This document shows, piece by piece, positions 1 to 9,696 of a stretch of DNA of 64,000 nt (positions are counted from its first letter, which is position 1; the number at the start of each line of letters is the position of its first letter). Location of the stretch: IMG/VR virus record IMGVR_UViG_3300042540_001015; one strand, given 5' to 3'. This DNA comes from an uncultured virus (IMG/VR IMGVR_UViG_3300042540_001015) (taxonomy: Duplodnaviria > Heunggongvirae > Uroviricota > Caudoviricetes). The notes beneath the pieces are model-generated. The model saw nothing but the letters and a program-made list of their open reading frames with translations, did not search any database and was not told where the DNA came from. The position numbers were made by a program, and so were the translations under genes.

Positions 1-75
1 TAGCGATGTATCAAGTTTGATACACAAACTGGCGAAAAGTGACCCTTTCTGTACTGGAAACTCACCGAAAAACGT

Positions 76-300
76 ATGTTTTCCAATATGACTAGGGAAC
101 CTATAACGACGCGACTGCGCCGCTGGACTCACGCCGTTGACGCTGTTCCCACCAGCGACCTGATGGACGAGGCAGCGAACTGCATCGAATCCCTACGCCG
201 AGAGGTGCGAACCCAACGCCAGGAGATTGCCGCACTCCGCGAGGAGCGTCGGGCGTTGATCGGGGCAGATGCGCCGCAACCCCGCTGCGACAAACTGTGA
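76..300 (+). CDS. small hypothetical coiled-coil phage protein
   Basis: ORF with 'LMDEAANCIESLR' pattern common in small phage accessory genes; true start uncertain. Confidence 0.5.
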   Translation: MFSNMTREPITTRLRRWTHAVDAVPTSDLMDEAANCIESLRREVRTQRQEIAALREERRALIGADAPQPRCDKL

Positions 301-398
301 CGCCACACGCCGCAGGAAGGGACGCGGCTGAATTAGGTAATGTCGCCGGAACTAGGTAGTAAATTAGGTAGGACGCTATTGAAATCAGAGAGGGAACA

Positions 399-608
399 AT
401 GATTGACCCAACAAACGTGGTGGCTGATTGGGAGCAGGATTACAAAATCATGCAGGATCAGCGTGCCGAGATTGCCCGCCTGCGGCTCACCGACGAGGAG
501 CGGGAGGCCGTTGCCGTCGCCATTGCGGAATGTGAGTCGATGCCGGTGGCGAAATCCCGTGTGGCTGCGGATACGCTGCGGGCGTTGCTGGCACGCACGA
601 CGCTATAG
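399..608 (+). CDS. small hypothetical phage protein
   Basis: GAGGGA RBS upstream; RLTDEEREAV...TLRALL pattern. Confidence 0.6.
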   Translation: MIDPTNVVADWEQDYKIMQDQRAEIARLRLTDEEREAVAVAIAECESMPVAKSRVAADTLRALLARTTL

Positions 609-625
609 AGCGAAGGGAGAGTCGG

Positions 626-904
626 ATGGGCTACTACAAAGAACTCGACATCCGCATTCGCAACGGCGGCGATGATGCCATTGCGGCCGTGAGCGAACTG
701 ATGCCGCGATGGATCGCTGTGGAGGAGCAACTGCCCCAGCGAGGCCAAATGGTCATCGTCGCGTTTCGTGGGCATTGGGGCGGCAAGAGGCAAGTCAGCG
801 CCGAGGTCTTCTGGATTGACGACCGTGGCGGATGGACAGGCTGCGATTCAATGAAGGACGGAAAGCCGACCCATTGGATGCCGCTACCCGAGCCGCCCGC
901 CTGA
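626..904 (+). CDS. DUF551-like protein
   Basis: WIAVEEQLP...PTHWMPLPEPP signature; GGGAG RBS. Confidence 0.75.
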   Translation: MGYYKELDIRIRNGGDDAIAAVSELMPRWIAVEEQLPQRGQMVIVAFRGHWGGKRQVSAEVFWIDDRGGWTGCDSMKDGKPTHWMPLPEPPA

Positions 905-1016
905 AGTGCGATACTGCGGCGAGAGACGGCCGCGACTGGACGTCCAGGGGCCCGGAGACTAGTAAAAATCCTCCGGGAACTTATGGGCTGACGCCTTGAA
1001 TTGCTAGGGTCGAAGT

Positions 1017-1367
1017 ATGGCCGACTACGCAATCCTGCCAAGTAATTTGAACATCCAGTTCGTTCGCGGGGACGAATTTGGGATGCTTTTGGACTTCGAC
1101 ACCTCGCTCGTCGGGTATGAGTTCCAGACCGTCATTTACGAAGTCGCTGGAGTCTCCGGCGGCGTCGTGACAGGCGGGGCTGTCCTGACATCGTTCACGA
1201 TCACCGAGGTCGACCTTTCCCTCGGGAAACTCAACCTGTCCCTGACAGAGACGCAGACGCAGTCGTTCAACCTCACGAAGTCCTATCGCTGGTACATGAG
1301 GTGGATCGCGCCGGGCGTCGTGACTAGAACTGTACTCTCCGGGTCCATCGCCGTCGGAGACCCGTGA
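1017..1367 (+). CDS. virion structural protein (BppU N-terminal-like beta domain)
   Basis: RGD...GKLNLSLT..QT..YRW...TVLSG pattern; first gene of the fibre cluster. Confidence 0.55.
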   Translation: MADYAILPSNLNIQFVRGDEFGMLLDFDTSLVGYEFQTVIYEVAGVSGGVVTGGAVLTSFTITEVDLSLGKLNLSLTETQTQSFNLTKSYRWYMRWIAPGVVTRTVLSGSIAVGDP

Positions 1368-2509
1368 TGGCGATCAACGTCACTGTCTCAGGCTCTGGTT
1401 CGATCGTGGCCGACGTCAGCGGAGGCGACTCCGCTGATATCGCCATCACTGGGGCGGAAGTCGTTGGGGTCGATGTTGTCGGGGGCATTGGCCCGGCCGC
1501 CTACATCAACGGCACGCACACGGCCGTCATCGGAGTCCACCCTGTCGTCGCAGGGGCGAACATTACCGTCTCAACCACGGCTGGCTCCTACACGATCATC
1601 GGGCGGGACGTACCTGTCCAAAGCGTCCAGGGCCGGGTTGGCAATGTCGTCCTGACTCTTGTCGACCTGACGGCGGCTGCCCAGGTCCATACTCACTCCA
1701 CGACCCAGGTCGTCGGACTCACGGCGGCGGCGTCAGCGGCCGCCCCTGTCCAGACTGTCCAAGGCAGGACGGGCAATGTCGTCTTGACTCTTGTCGACCT
1801 GACGGCGGCAGCGGCTTCGCATACGCACTCGACGGCTGACGTGATCGGGCTGACTGCCGCCGCATCGGCGGCCGCCCCTGTCCAGACTGTCCAAGGCAGG
1901 ACGGGCAATGTCGTCCTGACTCTTGTCGACCTGACTGCGGCAGCGGCTTCGCATACGCACTCGACGGCTGACGTGATCGGGCTGACGGCGGCTGCGTCGG
2001 CTGCGGCCCCCGTCCAGACTGTCCAGGGACGGACCGGGAATGTCGTCCTGACTCTTGTCGACCTGACTGCGGCAGCGGCTTCGCATACACACTCGACTGC
2101 TCAGATATCAGGAATTACAGCCGCCTCGCCTGTGCAGTCCGTGGCTGGAAGAACAGGCAACGTCGTCCTCTCGACGACCGACCTTCAGTCATTCACCTAC
2201 GTCCGAAGTGTCAACAATCTCACTGGCACGCTCTCGATCGTCGCAGGCGACAACATCGTCGTCACTTCATCTGGGGAGTCCGTGACGATCCAGGGCGAGG
2301 AAGGACTCCCCGATCAAGCCGGTGCCAGCGGACGCGTACTTGCAAGCAACGGCACAGCGGCTAACTGGTACTCGATCGTCGCCGGGTCGAATGTCACGAT
2401 CGTCCGAAACACGAACGCGAATTTCATCCAAGTCTCCGCAAGCGGCGGAGGCGGCCCCGGCGGAGGCGGCACCGCCATCTGGCCTGCACTTATTTTTGGA
2501 GGAGGCTGA
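1364..2509 (+). CDS. tail/head fibre protein with 44-aa tandem repeats (V.GRTG.V.L and HxH motifs)
   Basis: about 4.5 repeats of PVQTVQGRTGNVVLTLVDLTAAAASHTHST... Confidence 0.75.
   Translation: MMAINVTVSGSGSIVADVSGGDSADIAITGAEVVGVDVVGGIGPAAYINGTHTAVIGVHPVVAGANITVSTTAGSYTIIGRDVPVQSVQGRVGNVVLTLVDLTAAAQVHTHSTTQVVGLTAAASAAAPVQTVQGRTGNVVLTLVDLTAAAASHTHSTADVIGLTAAASAAAPVQTVQGRTGNVVLTLVDLTAAAASHTHSTADVIGLTAAASAAAPVQTVQGRTGNVVLTLVDLTAAAASHTHSTAQISGITAASPVQSVAGRTGNVVLSTTDLQSFTYVRSVNNLTGTLSIVAGDNIVVTSSGESVTIQGEEGLPDQAGASGRVLASNGTAANWYSIVAGSNVTIVRNTNANFIQVSASGGGGPGGGGTAIWPALIFGGG
1613..2170 (+). repeat. 132-bp coding tandem repeat, about 4 full copies plus a degenerate partial copy
   Basis: near-identical units start at 1613, 1745, 1877 and 2009. 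Confidence 0.9.
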
Positions 2510-2512
2510 TCC

Positions 2513-3511
2513 ATGCCCACGAACATCGCCATTACTGGGGAAGTCTACGGCAAAACGACGATAGGAAAAGTCTTGGAGTCGGGCTCCACGGTCGTCTCGA
2601 ATGCCACAGCCAGCGGGAAAATCATTCGCGTCAACTCGCTCCTGGTGGCGAACACGACGGGCTCGTCGAACGCCGACCTGATTGCCGTCATTCGACGGGG
2701 CGGAGACGGCACGGCCGCGAGCATTTATTTCGACGGTGCCAGTTACCTAAGCATGGACACCAACGCCGGAATGTCTTTCTCGGGCAACTTCACGGTCGAG
2801 GCGTTCGTCTACCTGATCTCCAATGGCAACTGGGGCGGGATCATCGACTGCCGATCGAGCGGAGGTCAATCAAGTTGGGTCTTTGGAGTCAGGAATAACA
2901 GTTACCAACGGCTCTACTGGGTCGACGCCAGCAACTCCGAGCGAAACTCGGACGCCCCAATCTTCTTCAATCGATGGACTCACGTCGCAGTCGTGAAGAA
3001 CGGATCGTCGATCTACTTCTACATCGATGGCGTTCGAGACACGCTCGTTACGGCGTCTTCGGCGGCCGTGACTGCACAGGCGACTTCTCCTGTTGTTGGG
3101 AAAACGGCCGACAACTACTACTTCAACGGGTACATCGAAGAACTCCGCGTCAGCGACACGGCGAGGTATACGACATCGACGTTTACTGTCCCGTCCTCGC
3201 CGTTCGCAAACAATCACGCCAACTCGAAACTCCTTCTCCACGGAGACGGCGAGAACGGCTCGACGACTTTCACTGACAGCGTCACGTCACCCCATACGCT
3301 CACGAGGTTTGGAAACACGAGAATCTCCACCGCTCGCAGCGTGTTTGCCGGAGAGGAACGCCGAATCGCCAACGCGATCTCCGTGCCCACTGGGGCGACT
3401 CTCTGCCTCACCGACAAACCCATCTACCTCGAAGAGGGAGACAGTCTTGTGTGCCTCGCCAGCACGAACGAGAGACTTGAGTACACCTGCTCCTACGAGG
3501 AGATCGGGTAA
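2513..3511 (+). CDS. LamG/concanavalin A-like lectin domain virion protein
   Basis: FTVEAFVY...WTHVAVVK...FYIDG...FNGYIEELRVS...ARY LamG_3 pattern. Confidence 0.85.
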   Translation: MPTNIAITGEVYGKTTIGKVLESGSTVVSNATASGKIIRVNSLLVANTTGSSNADLIAVIRRGGDGTAASIYFDGASYLSMDTNAGMSFSGNFTVEAFVYLISNGNWGGIIDCRSSGGQSSWVFGVRNNSYQRLYWVDASNSERNSDAPIFFNRWTHVAVVKNGSSIYFYIDGVRDTLVTASSAAVTAQATSPVVGKTADNYYFNGYIEELRVSDTARYTTSTFTVPSSPFANNHANSKLLLHGDGENGSTTFTDSVTSPHTLTRFGNTRISTARSVFAGEERRIANAISVPTGATLCLTDKPIYLEEGDSLVCLASTNERLEYTCSYEEIG

Positions 3512-6500
3512 ATGATTCGCGGCAGGGTTGGCGGGCGGATTGGGAATCGTGACGCCTCGCAGCCGAGTACGTCCGTGGCGAACGGCACTTGGACTCTTCA
3601 GGAGGCCTACGACGCTCTTCGGCGGGGCTCGTGGCCGATCTCTCGCGACGGCGGGTTCTCGGTCGCCAAGCCCCGCTCGATAAATGCCTCGTGCCCGCTC
3701 GCGGCGAACTTCTCTGCGCCCGTCCCCTTCAGCGGGGACCTGGGCTCGGGTCGCTCTAGCGGATGGGCCGACCCGATGAAGTTCGTGTGGGAGAAGAGCC
3801 TCTCGAACTCAAACTTTCCGAGCACGGGTAATCCGTGGCTTTCAGAGAACTTCGAGGCGAACAACCTTTGCTACTACTATAACAGCGGGTATTACTGCAA
3901 CCCGCTGAACCCTTCTGCCATCTACGCCACTGGCATTTCGCCGTCGCCGTTCGTGAAGGTCGAGTACGACTACACGGCATCAAGCGACCCGCTTTTTTCC
4001 CAGGTGACACTGTTCTCGAATTTCAACAACGGTTGCTTCGACCGCAGCAACTCGAAGAGAACGGCTTACATCAGGCGAGGCGGCTCTCTCACAACAGCCC
4101 GCTACAGGAACGGCACACGCAGTTTTACAAACGGCACCGTCTCCTGGTACGGAGGCCTGGCGATCTCCGGAAACTTCTGCATTGAGGGCTGGTTCTGGTT
4201 CAACGACTCAACGGACAAGCGGCCGCTGTTCTCGCTTGGCACAGTGTCTCCGATTGGAAAGTATTTTCAACTTTCTCTCAACGCCAACAGGATCGAGATC
4301 GAGCGATTCGGACAACAGCCGATCGTGCTCATGTCGAATGTCGTTGACGTTCAGTCGTGGACCCACATCGCCCTCTGCCGCAGCGGAAGCACGGTGCGGC
4401 TGTATGTAGACGGAATTGAGTCGGGCTCGACGACTGACTCGGACATTTTCGGAGACTCTCTCCTGGCCGGGAATGTCCAGGTTTACGCGAAAAGCGAAGA
4501 CTTCGTCGACGAGTTCCGAATAACTATCGCGTCTCGATACTCAGGTAATTTCACTCCTTCGAGCGGAAGCCTTGAGCCCGCAGCGTGCAACAGGCCCAAG
4601 GTCGTCGTTTCCGGGGCGGGGACTCCGATCGCAAACGATACGTTCCACCCGAGGGCAACGGGTGACGCAGGCTGGGACGAAAAGCAGTTCTTCTCCAACG
4701 ACAAGAATGATTGCTGCGTGTTCTGGGACTCGACTCGCGGTGTCTGGGTGATCTCCTACGGATCGAGCAGCGGACCTGCCGGAGACAGGAACTTTGCCTA
4801 TACAGGCAGCAGCATCTACCAAGACATTTTCATCAACTCCGGAACGTGGCTATACGCAAGCGACGGGAGTTGCTGGGCTCCTGTCACTGAGTCGGAGAAG
4901 TTCTACAACATTCCCTCCCAGTCTCTTTCGCTGACGTCGCTCGGGTTCTCGGACAACGAGACCTTCTACAGGCTTCGTGGAGTGAGCGGATTTCTGGATG
5001 CTGCGAGCAGTCCAGCAACTCTCACGGTCGAGCCGATCGCTGTGGCTTTCACTCAAGAGCCGACCGATCAGTTCGCCGCGAGCGGGTCTGCGACCTTCAC
5101 GGCTACCGTGAAGGCGACTGGGCAGTTCTCTGGCTCTGAGTACACAGGATTCTTGTATCAATGGCAGAAGAGGCCGCCGGGATCGACTGGGGCGTGGGAG
5201 AACATCGACGGGGCAACGAACGCCTCGGCACTGATTTCGGGCGTTTCCCCGTTGGCCGACAACGGCGCACAGTTCCGCCTTCGAGCCGCACCTAATTGCG
5301 AACAGTCTACGACGGTCTTTAGCAGGACTGCGATCCTCTATGTTGGTGCCCCAACGGCACCTCAGAACCTTGTCGGCATCCCCGGAGACTCTCAGGTCGG
5401 CCTCTCGTGGTCGGCCCCTTCCTCATCGGGGAACACGGCCGTCTTCGATTACGTCGTCCAATACTCGTCCAATGGCGGGGCGACCTGGACGACTTTTTCT
5501 GACGGGACAGGCACCACAACCTCAGCGACAGTCACCGGGCTCACGAACGGCACTGGATACATCTTCCGGGTCGCGGCCGTGAACAGCATCGGCTCCGGGC
5601 CGTTCTGCACGCCGACTCCGAGACTCGTCCCGGCAGCGGCCGGGACTGACCCGTACTTTTCTTACGTCTCCTTCGTCTCCAACTTCGAGGGAGAGAACAA
5701 CTCGACTGTCTTCGAGGACCAGTCACTCGCAGCGAGGACTGTGACTCGATTCGGAGACGCGAAGATTTCGACGGTTGAGAGCAAGTGGGGCTCGGCGGCC
5801 TACTTCGACGGCACAGGCGACTACCTGAGCGTCAGCGACCCGCTCGCGTTCAGGATCGGCAATCAGGACTTCACGGTCGAGGCTTGGGTTTATCCGACGA
5901 CTACTTCGGGTGGAGAAAAACCTGTCGTCACCACGGCGGACCCGGCAGACTATTCGGGATTTTTTGTAGGCATATCTCCTTCAGAGTGGTCGTGGAAACT
6001 TGGAGCGACGTCCTGGTCGGCAAGCGGCACTCCAATTAATGTCGCTGGGGATGGCTGGTATCACATCGCCCTGTCTCGATCCGGGGGCAATGTTCGCTTT
6101 TATGTGAACGGAACCGTTCGCCAGACTTCGGCAAACTCCACAAATGTCGCGAACTCGAACGAACTTCTTCGCATTGGTGGCCGGACTGTTGGAAGTCAGT
6201 ATTTCCAGGGATACATCGGCGGCCTTCGCGTTACGAAAGGCGTCGACAGGTATCCACTCGGGACGACTTTCACTGTCCCGTCAGCCCCCTTCCCAGTCTC
6301 TGTAGTCGGGGCGACTCCGCCCGATGCCCCGACTCTCGTCACCGCGACTGCCGGGACTCGGCAGGCCGTCGTGTCGTGGACTGCCCCGAATAACAACGGC
6401 TCCGGGATCAAGGATTATTTGATCCAATACAGCAGCAACGGCGGCACGACCTGGACAAACTTAACAGACAGCGTGAGCAAGTCGACAACTGCAACTGTCA

Positions 6501-7795
6501 CCGGACTCGCGGACGACACTGGATATGTCTTTAGGGTAGCGGCCGTGAACTACATCGGCACTGGCCCATACAGCACAGCCAGTTCGCCCGCGTCCACGAA
6601 CGCGTTGCCCGGGGCTCCGACAGGAGTATCGGGGACCCCGGGGAATGGCGAAGTCGCCCTGTCGTGGGCTGCCCCGGCCTCGAACGGAGGGGCGAGCATC
6701 ACCGACTATGTCGTGCAGTACAGTAGCAACTCGGGTTCAACCTGGACGACATTCTCCGATGGAACATCCGCAACGCTCTCGACCACTGTCTCGGGGCTCT
6801 CGAATGGAACTGGGTATCTGTTCCGTGTCGCGGCTGTGACGTCCGTTGGAACTGGCTCGTACAGCACTGCCAGTTCTTCGATCTCGCCAACTGGCACAGT
6901 TCCAAATGCGCCCACGACTCTCAACGGGACGCCAGGGGACACGCAAGTCTCGCTGACGTGGGCGGCCCCGGCAAACAACGGAGGCTCTTCGATCTCCGAT
7001 TACGTCGTCCAGTACAGTAGCAACTCTGGTTCGACCTGGACGACATTCAGCGATGGAACATCTTCGGTGACGGCGGCGACTGTGACCGGCCTCACAAATG
7101 GAACCGCCTACATCTTCCGCGTCGCGGCAACGAACTCGCAGGGTGCGGGTGCGTACAGCACAGCCAGTTCCTCGATCACGCCAAACTTGTTCACACCGAT
7201 GGCTATCCTGCTCACGTCCGGGACGAGTTACACGATTCCGGCCGGGGCGACGAGCATGAAGGCGTGGGCTGTCAGCGGAGCGACTCCGTATAGGGCTGGC
7301 GGAGTCTCGTACAAGACGTGGTCAGCAAGCGGAGGCACGACTGTCTCGTATTCGCTTGGGGCCTACTCCCCCGAGTTCGCGGAGAACACCCCGTGCGAAA
7401 TCACTTACGACGGATACACGATCTCGGCTGACTCTGAGTCGCCTTACTTCACTGGTGGCGATGGCGGGGCAGAGGGCGGAGAAACAATTTTCGTTTCCGC
7501 TGGTGCCCAAGTTCACGGGGGCGCGATTGGCGGGAACTCAGCGTCGCTGGCGTCTTGCGGAAGAAGGCCAGCAACGGATGTAAGTGGCTTGCTGGCGGCT
7601 GTTGCCCTGGCTGGCGAAAAGACGACTGAAGACTGCGCCGCGTCGGCTGCTTTCGGCAGCGGCTGCTTCGAGGACTACTACGACCCGACTCTCAGCAAGG
7701 ACTCCGGCATCGGCGGCGCAAACTATCGAGGAAGCGGATTCTTTGACCTTGGAGGCCCGGTCGGCGGCCCGGCCGTCGTCCTCTACTTCACATGA
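3512..7795 (+). CDS. large fibre/adhesin: 2 LamG domains, an Ig-like domain and 4 fibronectin type III repeats
   Basis: two LamG motifs; four P.AP...V.L.W.AP...DY..QYSSN.G.TW...Y.FRVAA FN3 units. Confidence 0.85.
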   Translation: MIRGRVGGRIGNRDASQPSTSVANGTWTLQEAYDALRRGSWPISRDGGFSVAKPRSINASCPLAANFSAPVPFSGDLGSGRSSGWADPMKFVWEKSLSNSNFPSTGNPWLSENFEANNLCYYYNSGYYCNPLNPSAIYATGISPSPFVKVEYDYTASSDPLFSQVTLFSNFNNGCFDRSNSKRTAYIRRGGSLTTARYRNGTRSFTNGTVSWYGGLAISGNFCIEGWFWFNDSTDKRPLFSLGTVSPIGKYFQLSLNANRIEIERFGQQPIVLMSNVVDVQSWTHIALCRSGSTVRLYVDGIESGSTTDSDIFGDSLLAGNVQVYAKSEDFVDEFRITIASRYSGNFTPSSGSLEPAACNRPKVVVSGAGTPIANDTFHPRATGDAGWDEKQFFSNDKNDCCVFWDSTRGVWVISYGSSSGPAGDRNFAYTGSSIYQDIFINSGTWLYASDGSCWAPVTESEKFYNIPSQSLSLTSLGFSDNETFYRLRGVSGFLDAASSPATLTVEPIAVAFTQEPTDQFAASGSATFTATVKATGQFSGSEYTGFLYQWQKRPPGSTGAWENIDGATNASALISGVSPLADNGAQFRLRAAPNCEQSTTVFSRTAILYVGAPTAPQNLVGIPGDSQVGLSWSAPSSSGNTAVFDYVVQYSSNGGATWTTFSDGTGTTTSATVTGLTNGTGYIFRVAAVNSIGSGPFCTPTPRLVPAAAGTDPYFSYVSFVSNFEGENNSTVFEDQSLAARTVTRFGDAKISTVESKWGSAAYFDGTGDYLSVSDPLAFRIGNQDFTVEAWVYPTTTSGGEKPVVTTADPADYSGFFVGISPSEWSWKLGATSWSASGTPINVAGDGWYHIALSRSGGNVRFYVNGTVRQTSANSTNVANSNELLRIGGRTVGSQYFQGYIGGLRVTKGVDRYPLGTTFTVPSAPFPVSVVGATPPDAPTLVTATAGTRQAVVSWTAPNNNGSGIKDYLIQYSSNGGTTWTNLTDSVSKSTTATVTGLADDTGYVFRVAAVNYIGTGPYSTASSPASTNALPGAPTGVSGTPGNGEVALSWAAPASNGGASITDYVVQYSSNSGSTWTTFSDGTSATLSTTVSGLSNGTGYLFRVAAVTSVGTGSYSTASSSISPTGTVPNAPTTLNGTPGDTQVSLTWAAPANNGGSSISDYVVQYSSNSGSTWTTFSDGTSSVTAATVTGLTNGTAYIFRVAATNSQGAGAYSTASSSITPNLFTPMAILLTSGTSYTIPAGATSMKAWAVSGATPYRAGGVSYKTWSASGGTTVSYSLGAYSPEFAENTPCEITYDGYTISADSESPYFTGGDGGAEGGETIFVSAGAQVHGGAIGGNSASLASCGRRPATDVSGLLAAVALAGEKTTEDCAASAAFGSGCFEDYYDPTLSKDSGIGGANYRGSGFFDLGGPVGGPAVVLYFT

Positions 7796-8265
7796 TCATC
7801 CTAAAAATGCCAAACGGCAGGTATTTCCTGCCGATAAAGAGAAGCGGAAGCCGCTGCATCGCAAGGGCTGCGATGAAGTCGTTCTACCCAGAGATCGAGA
7901 TCGGCGACGCACACCCCGCAGTCGTGTTTCCAAGCCGAGAAAGGCATGACGGCTCTCAAGAAGGCGTCGCCGTGCTCGTGAGAAATCCAATCGAGCGATT
8001 TCGATCTGCAATCGCGTACATGAAACTGCCTTTTGATTCTCAAGTCGTAACTCCTTCGCCTGGGTTTGTCCCCAGGGGAGATTTTCGGTATTTCAAGTTT
8101 GAAACTCAGTTGCAGGCCTGCGCCGACTGGCTGGGCATCACTGAGCCGCTCGTGCCTGAGTCGGAGCCTCTTGAGAAGCCTGAACTGAGCGAGTATCAGG
8201 AAGGGCTGATGCGAGGTATTTACAGGGAAGAACTCGAACTCTGGGAGTCTCTTGGAGATGCCTGA
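7792..8265 (+). CDS. sulfotransferase-family-like protein
   Basis: IKRSGSR (5'-PSB-like) and VRNPIERFRSA (3'-PB-like) motifs, C-terminal Y.E...LW. Confidence 0.55.
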   Translation: MIILKMPNGRYFLPIKRSGSRCIARAAMKSFYPEIEIGDAHPAVVFPSRERHDGSQEGVAVLVRNPIERFRSAIAYMKLPFDSQVVTPSPGFVPRGDFRYFKFETQLQACADWLGITEPLVPESEPLEKPELSEYQEGLMRGIYREELELWESLGDA

Positions 8266-8557
8266 GCGTTTCAAGTTTTTTTCCCCCAAGGGCAAGGCCA
8301 GGAAGAAGAGACTCGGGCCATCCTTCTCAGTCACTTATGGGGGAAGGAAATACTGGGAAGCCACCAGGAAGAGAATCCTGGTGAGGGACAATTGGCAATG
8401 CAGGCAGTGTGGGAGGGTTTGTGCAGATAGGGGAGAGGCGCAAGTTGACCACATCCAGAGAAAGTCTGAGGGGGGAGATGACTCGGATTCCAACCTCCAG
8501 GTGCTCTGCCTCCTGTGTCATGGGAGGAAAAGCCGGAATGAGCAATTGTATGGATAA
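8258..8557 (+). CDS. HNH endonuclease (terminase-associated, HK97 gp74-like)
   Basis: RD..QCRQCG...VDHI.....GG.D...NLQVLCLLCH..K; lies upstream of terS. Confidence 0.9.
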   Translation: MPERFKFFSPKGKARKKRLGPSFSVTYGGRKYWEATRKRILVRDNWQCRQCGRVCADRGEAQVDHIQRKSEGGDDSDSNLQVLCLLCHGRKSRNEQLYG

Positions 8558-8689
8558 GAGGGCCTCTGGCTTGCGATATGAAGCCATTTCAGGCATTCAG
8601 GCTGTCTCCATACCATTTGGTCATAAGGGGCTTTATGGGGCCTTCCAGGAGGCCGGGTTTTTCTGGTTCAAAAACAAACTCCCCGGAAG

Positions 8690-9200
8690 TTCTGCACTAA
8701 GTGCTTGTCTGCCTTGCACTTAGATGCTGGCCTGAACCAAATTTTCCAAATTTTCCCCCTATAGGGAGCCCAAGGTCATCCCCAAAATCTCATTTTTTAA
8801 AGTTCAAAGGTTCAACCCCTACTTAAGTCCAATGAAATCAATCACTTAAGTATGAACTTCAAAGTGAACTTCTACTTTTCTACAAGGTTCAAGAAGTTCA
8901 TATCAAATACCCTATTTTCGGGTCAGAGAGATTTTTCAGTCTTGTCTTGTACCCCCCCTATATAGGGAATGGAAGTTTTGCCCAGGCGGGGGATAGGCCG
9001 GGTGGAGTCCCAGAAAGCCCTGCTCACAAAAAGTGGGAAATTCCCACCAGAGCGAAAAGTGCTGTTTTTCCCGGGAAAACAGCCCCACCCCGGGGGAGTG
9101 TGCTCGATTTTTACCCCCTCGAACGGGGTGGGCCAGCCGGGGGCTTCCGTGCGCGGCCGCGAAATTTTGACCCAGGGCTTTCTTGGGGGTCGACTTCGAT
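8690..9200. other. AT-rich non-coding packaging (cos)/origin-like region
   Basis: six A[AG]GTTCA repeats in both orientations (8800-8900), ACTTAAGT palindromes at 8821 and 8844, IHF consensus at 8836-8848; lies between HNH and terS. Confidence 0.55.
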
Positions 9201-9219
9201 TTCGGGCAAGATCGATTGC

Positions 9220-9696
9220 ATGGGCAGGCCACCAGTTCCTTCATCGATCAAGATTCTCCGAGGCGATCCCGGCAAGCGGGGCGTCAATCACCTGGAGCCT
9301 GTGCCGCCCCCGGCCGACATGACTCCGCCTCTCGGGCTCGAAGGTCTCGCCCTGGAGAAGTGGAACGAGATGACGGCCCTCTTCTCGGCGATGGGGGTCT
9401 TCACCCAGGCCGATCGCCACACACTCCAGCGTTACTGCTTGATGTGGGAGCAGTGGTTCGGATTCGAGAAGCACTGCCGCGAGAACGGTTCAACTCAACT
9501 CACCCAAACCGGATACAGCCAAGTCACTGCGGAGGCGACTCTCGCGAGGGCTCTCAGGAAAGAACTCCTGGAGATCGAGCGACAGTTCGGCATGACTCCG
9601 GCCGCCCGGTCCTCGATGAAAGTTTCCGGTGCCCCTGCCACCCAAAACCCTCTTGCCGCGTTTGCCCAAAGCAGAAGCGGTCAAGCAGGGGCTTAA
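9220..9696 (+). CDS. terS: terminase small subunit (P27 family)
   Basis: MGRPPVP...LRGDPGKR...FGMTPAARS signature; ATG at 9220. Confidence 0.9.
   Translation: MGRPPVPSSIKILRGDPGKRGVNHLEPVPPPADMTPPLGLEGLALEKWNEMTALFSAMGVFTQADRHTLQRYCLMWEQWFGFEKHCRENGSTQLTQTGYSQVTAEATLARALRKELLEIERQFGMTPAARSSMKVSGAPATQNPLAAFAQSRSGQAGA

Noticed and set aside
325..372. Short A[AC]T(T)AGGTA triplet repeat
   Set aside because: Only three 8-9-nt copies with no supporting context.
8947..9219. Extended N-terminus of terS in the ORF track (similar over-extensions at 20247 and 22346)
   Set aside because: The family signature starts at the internal ATG (9220; likewise 20409 and 22721).
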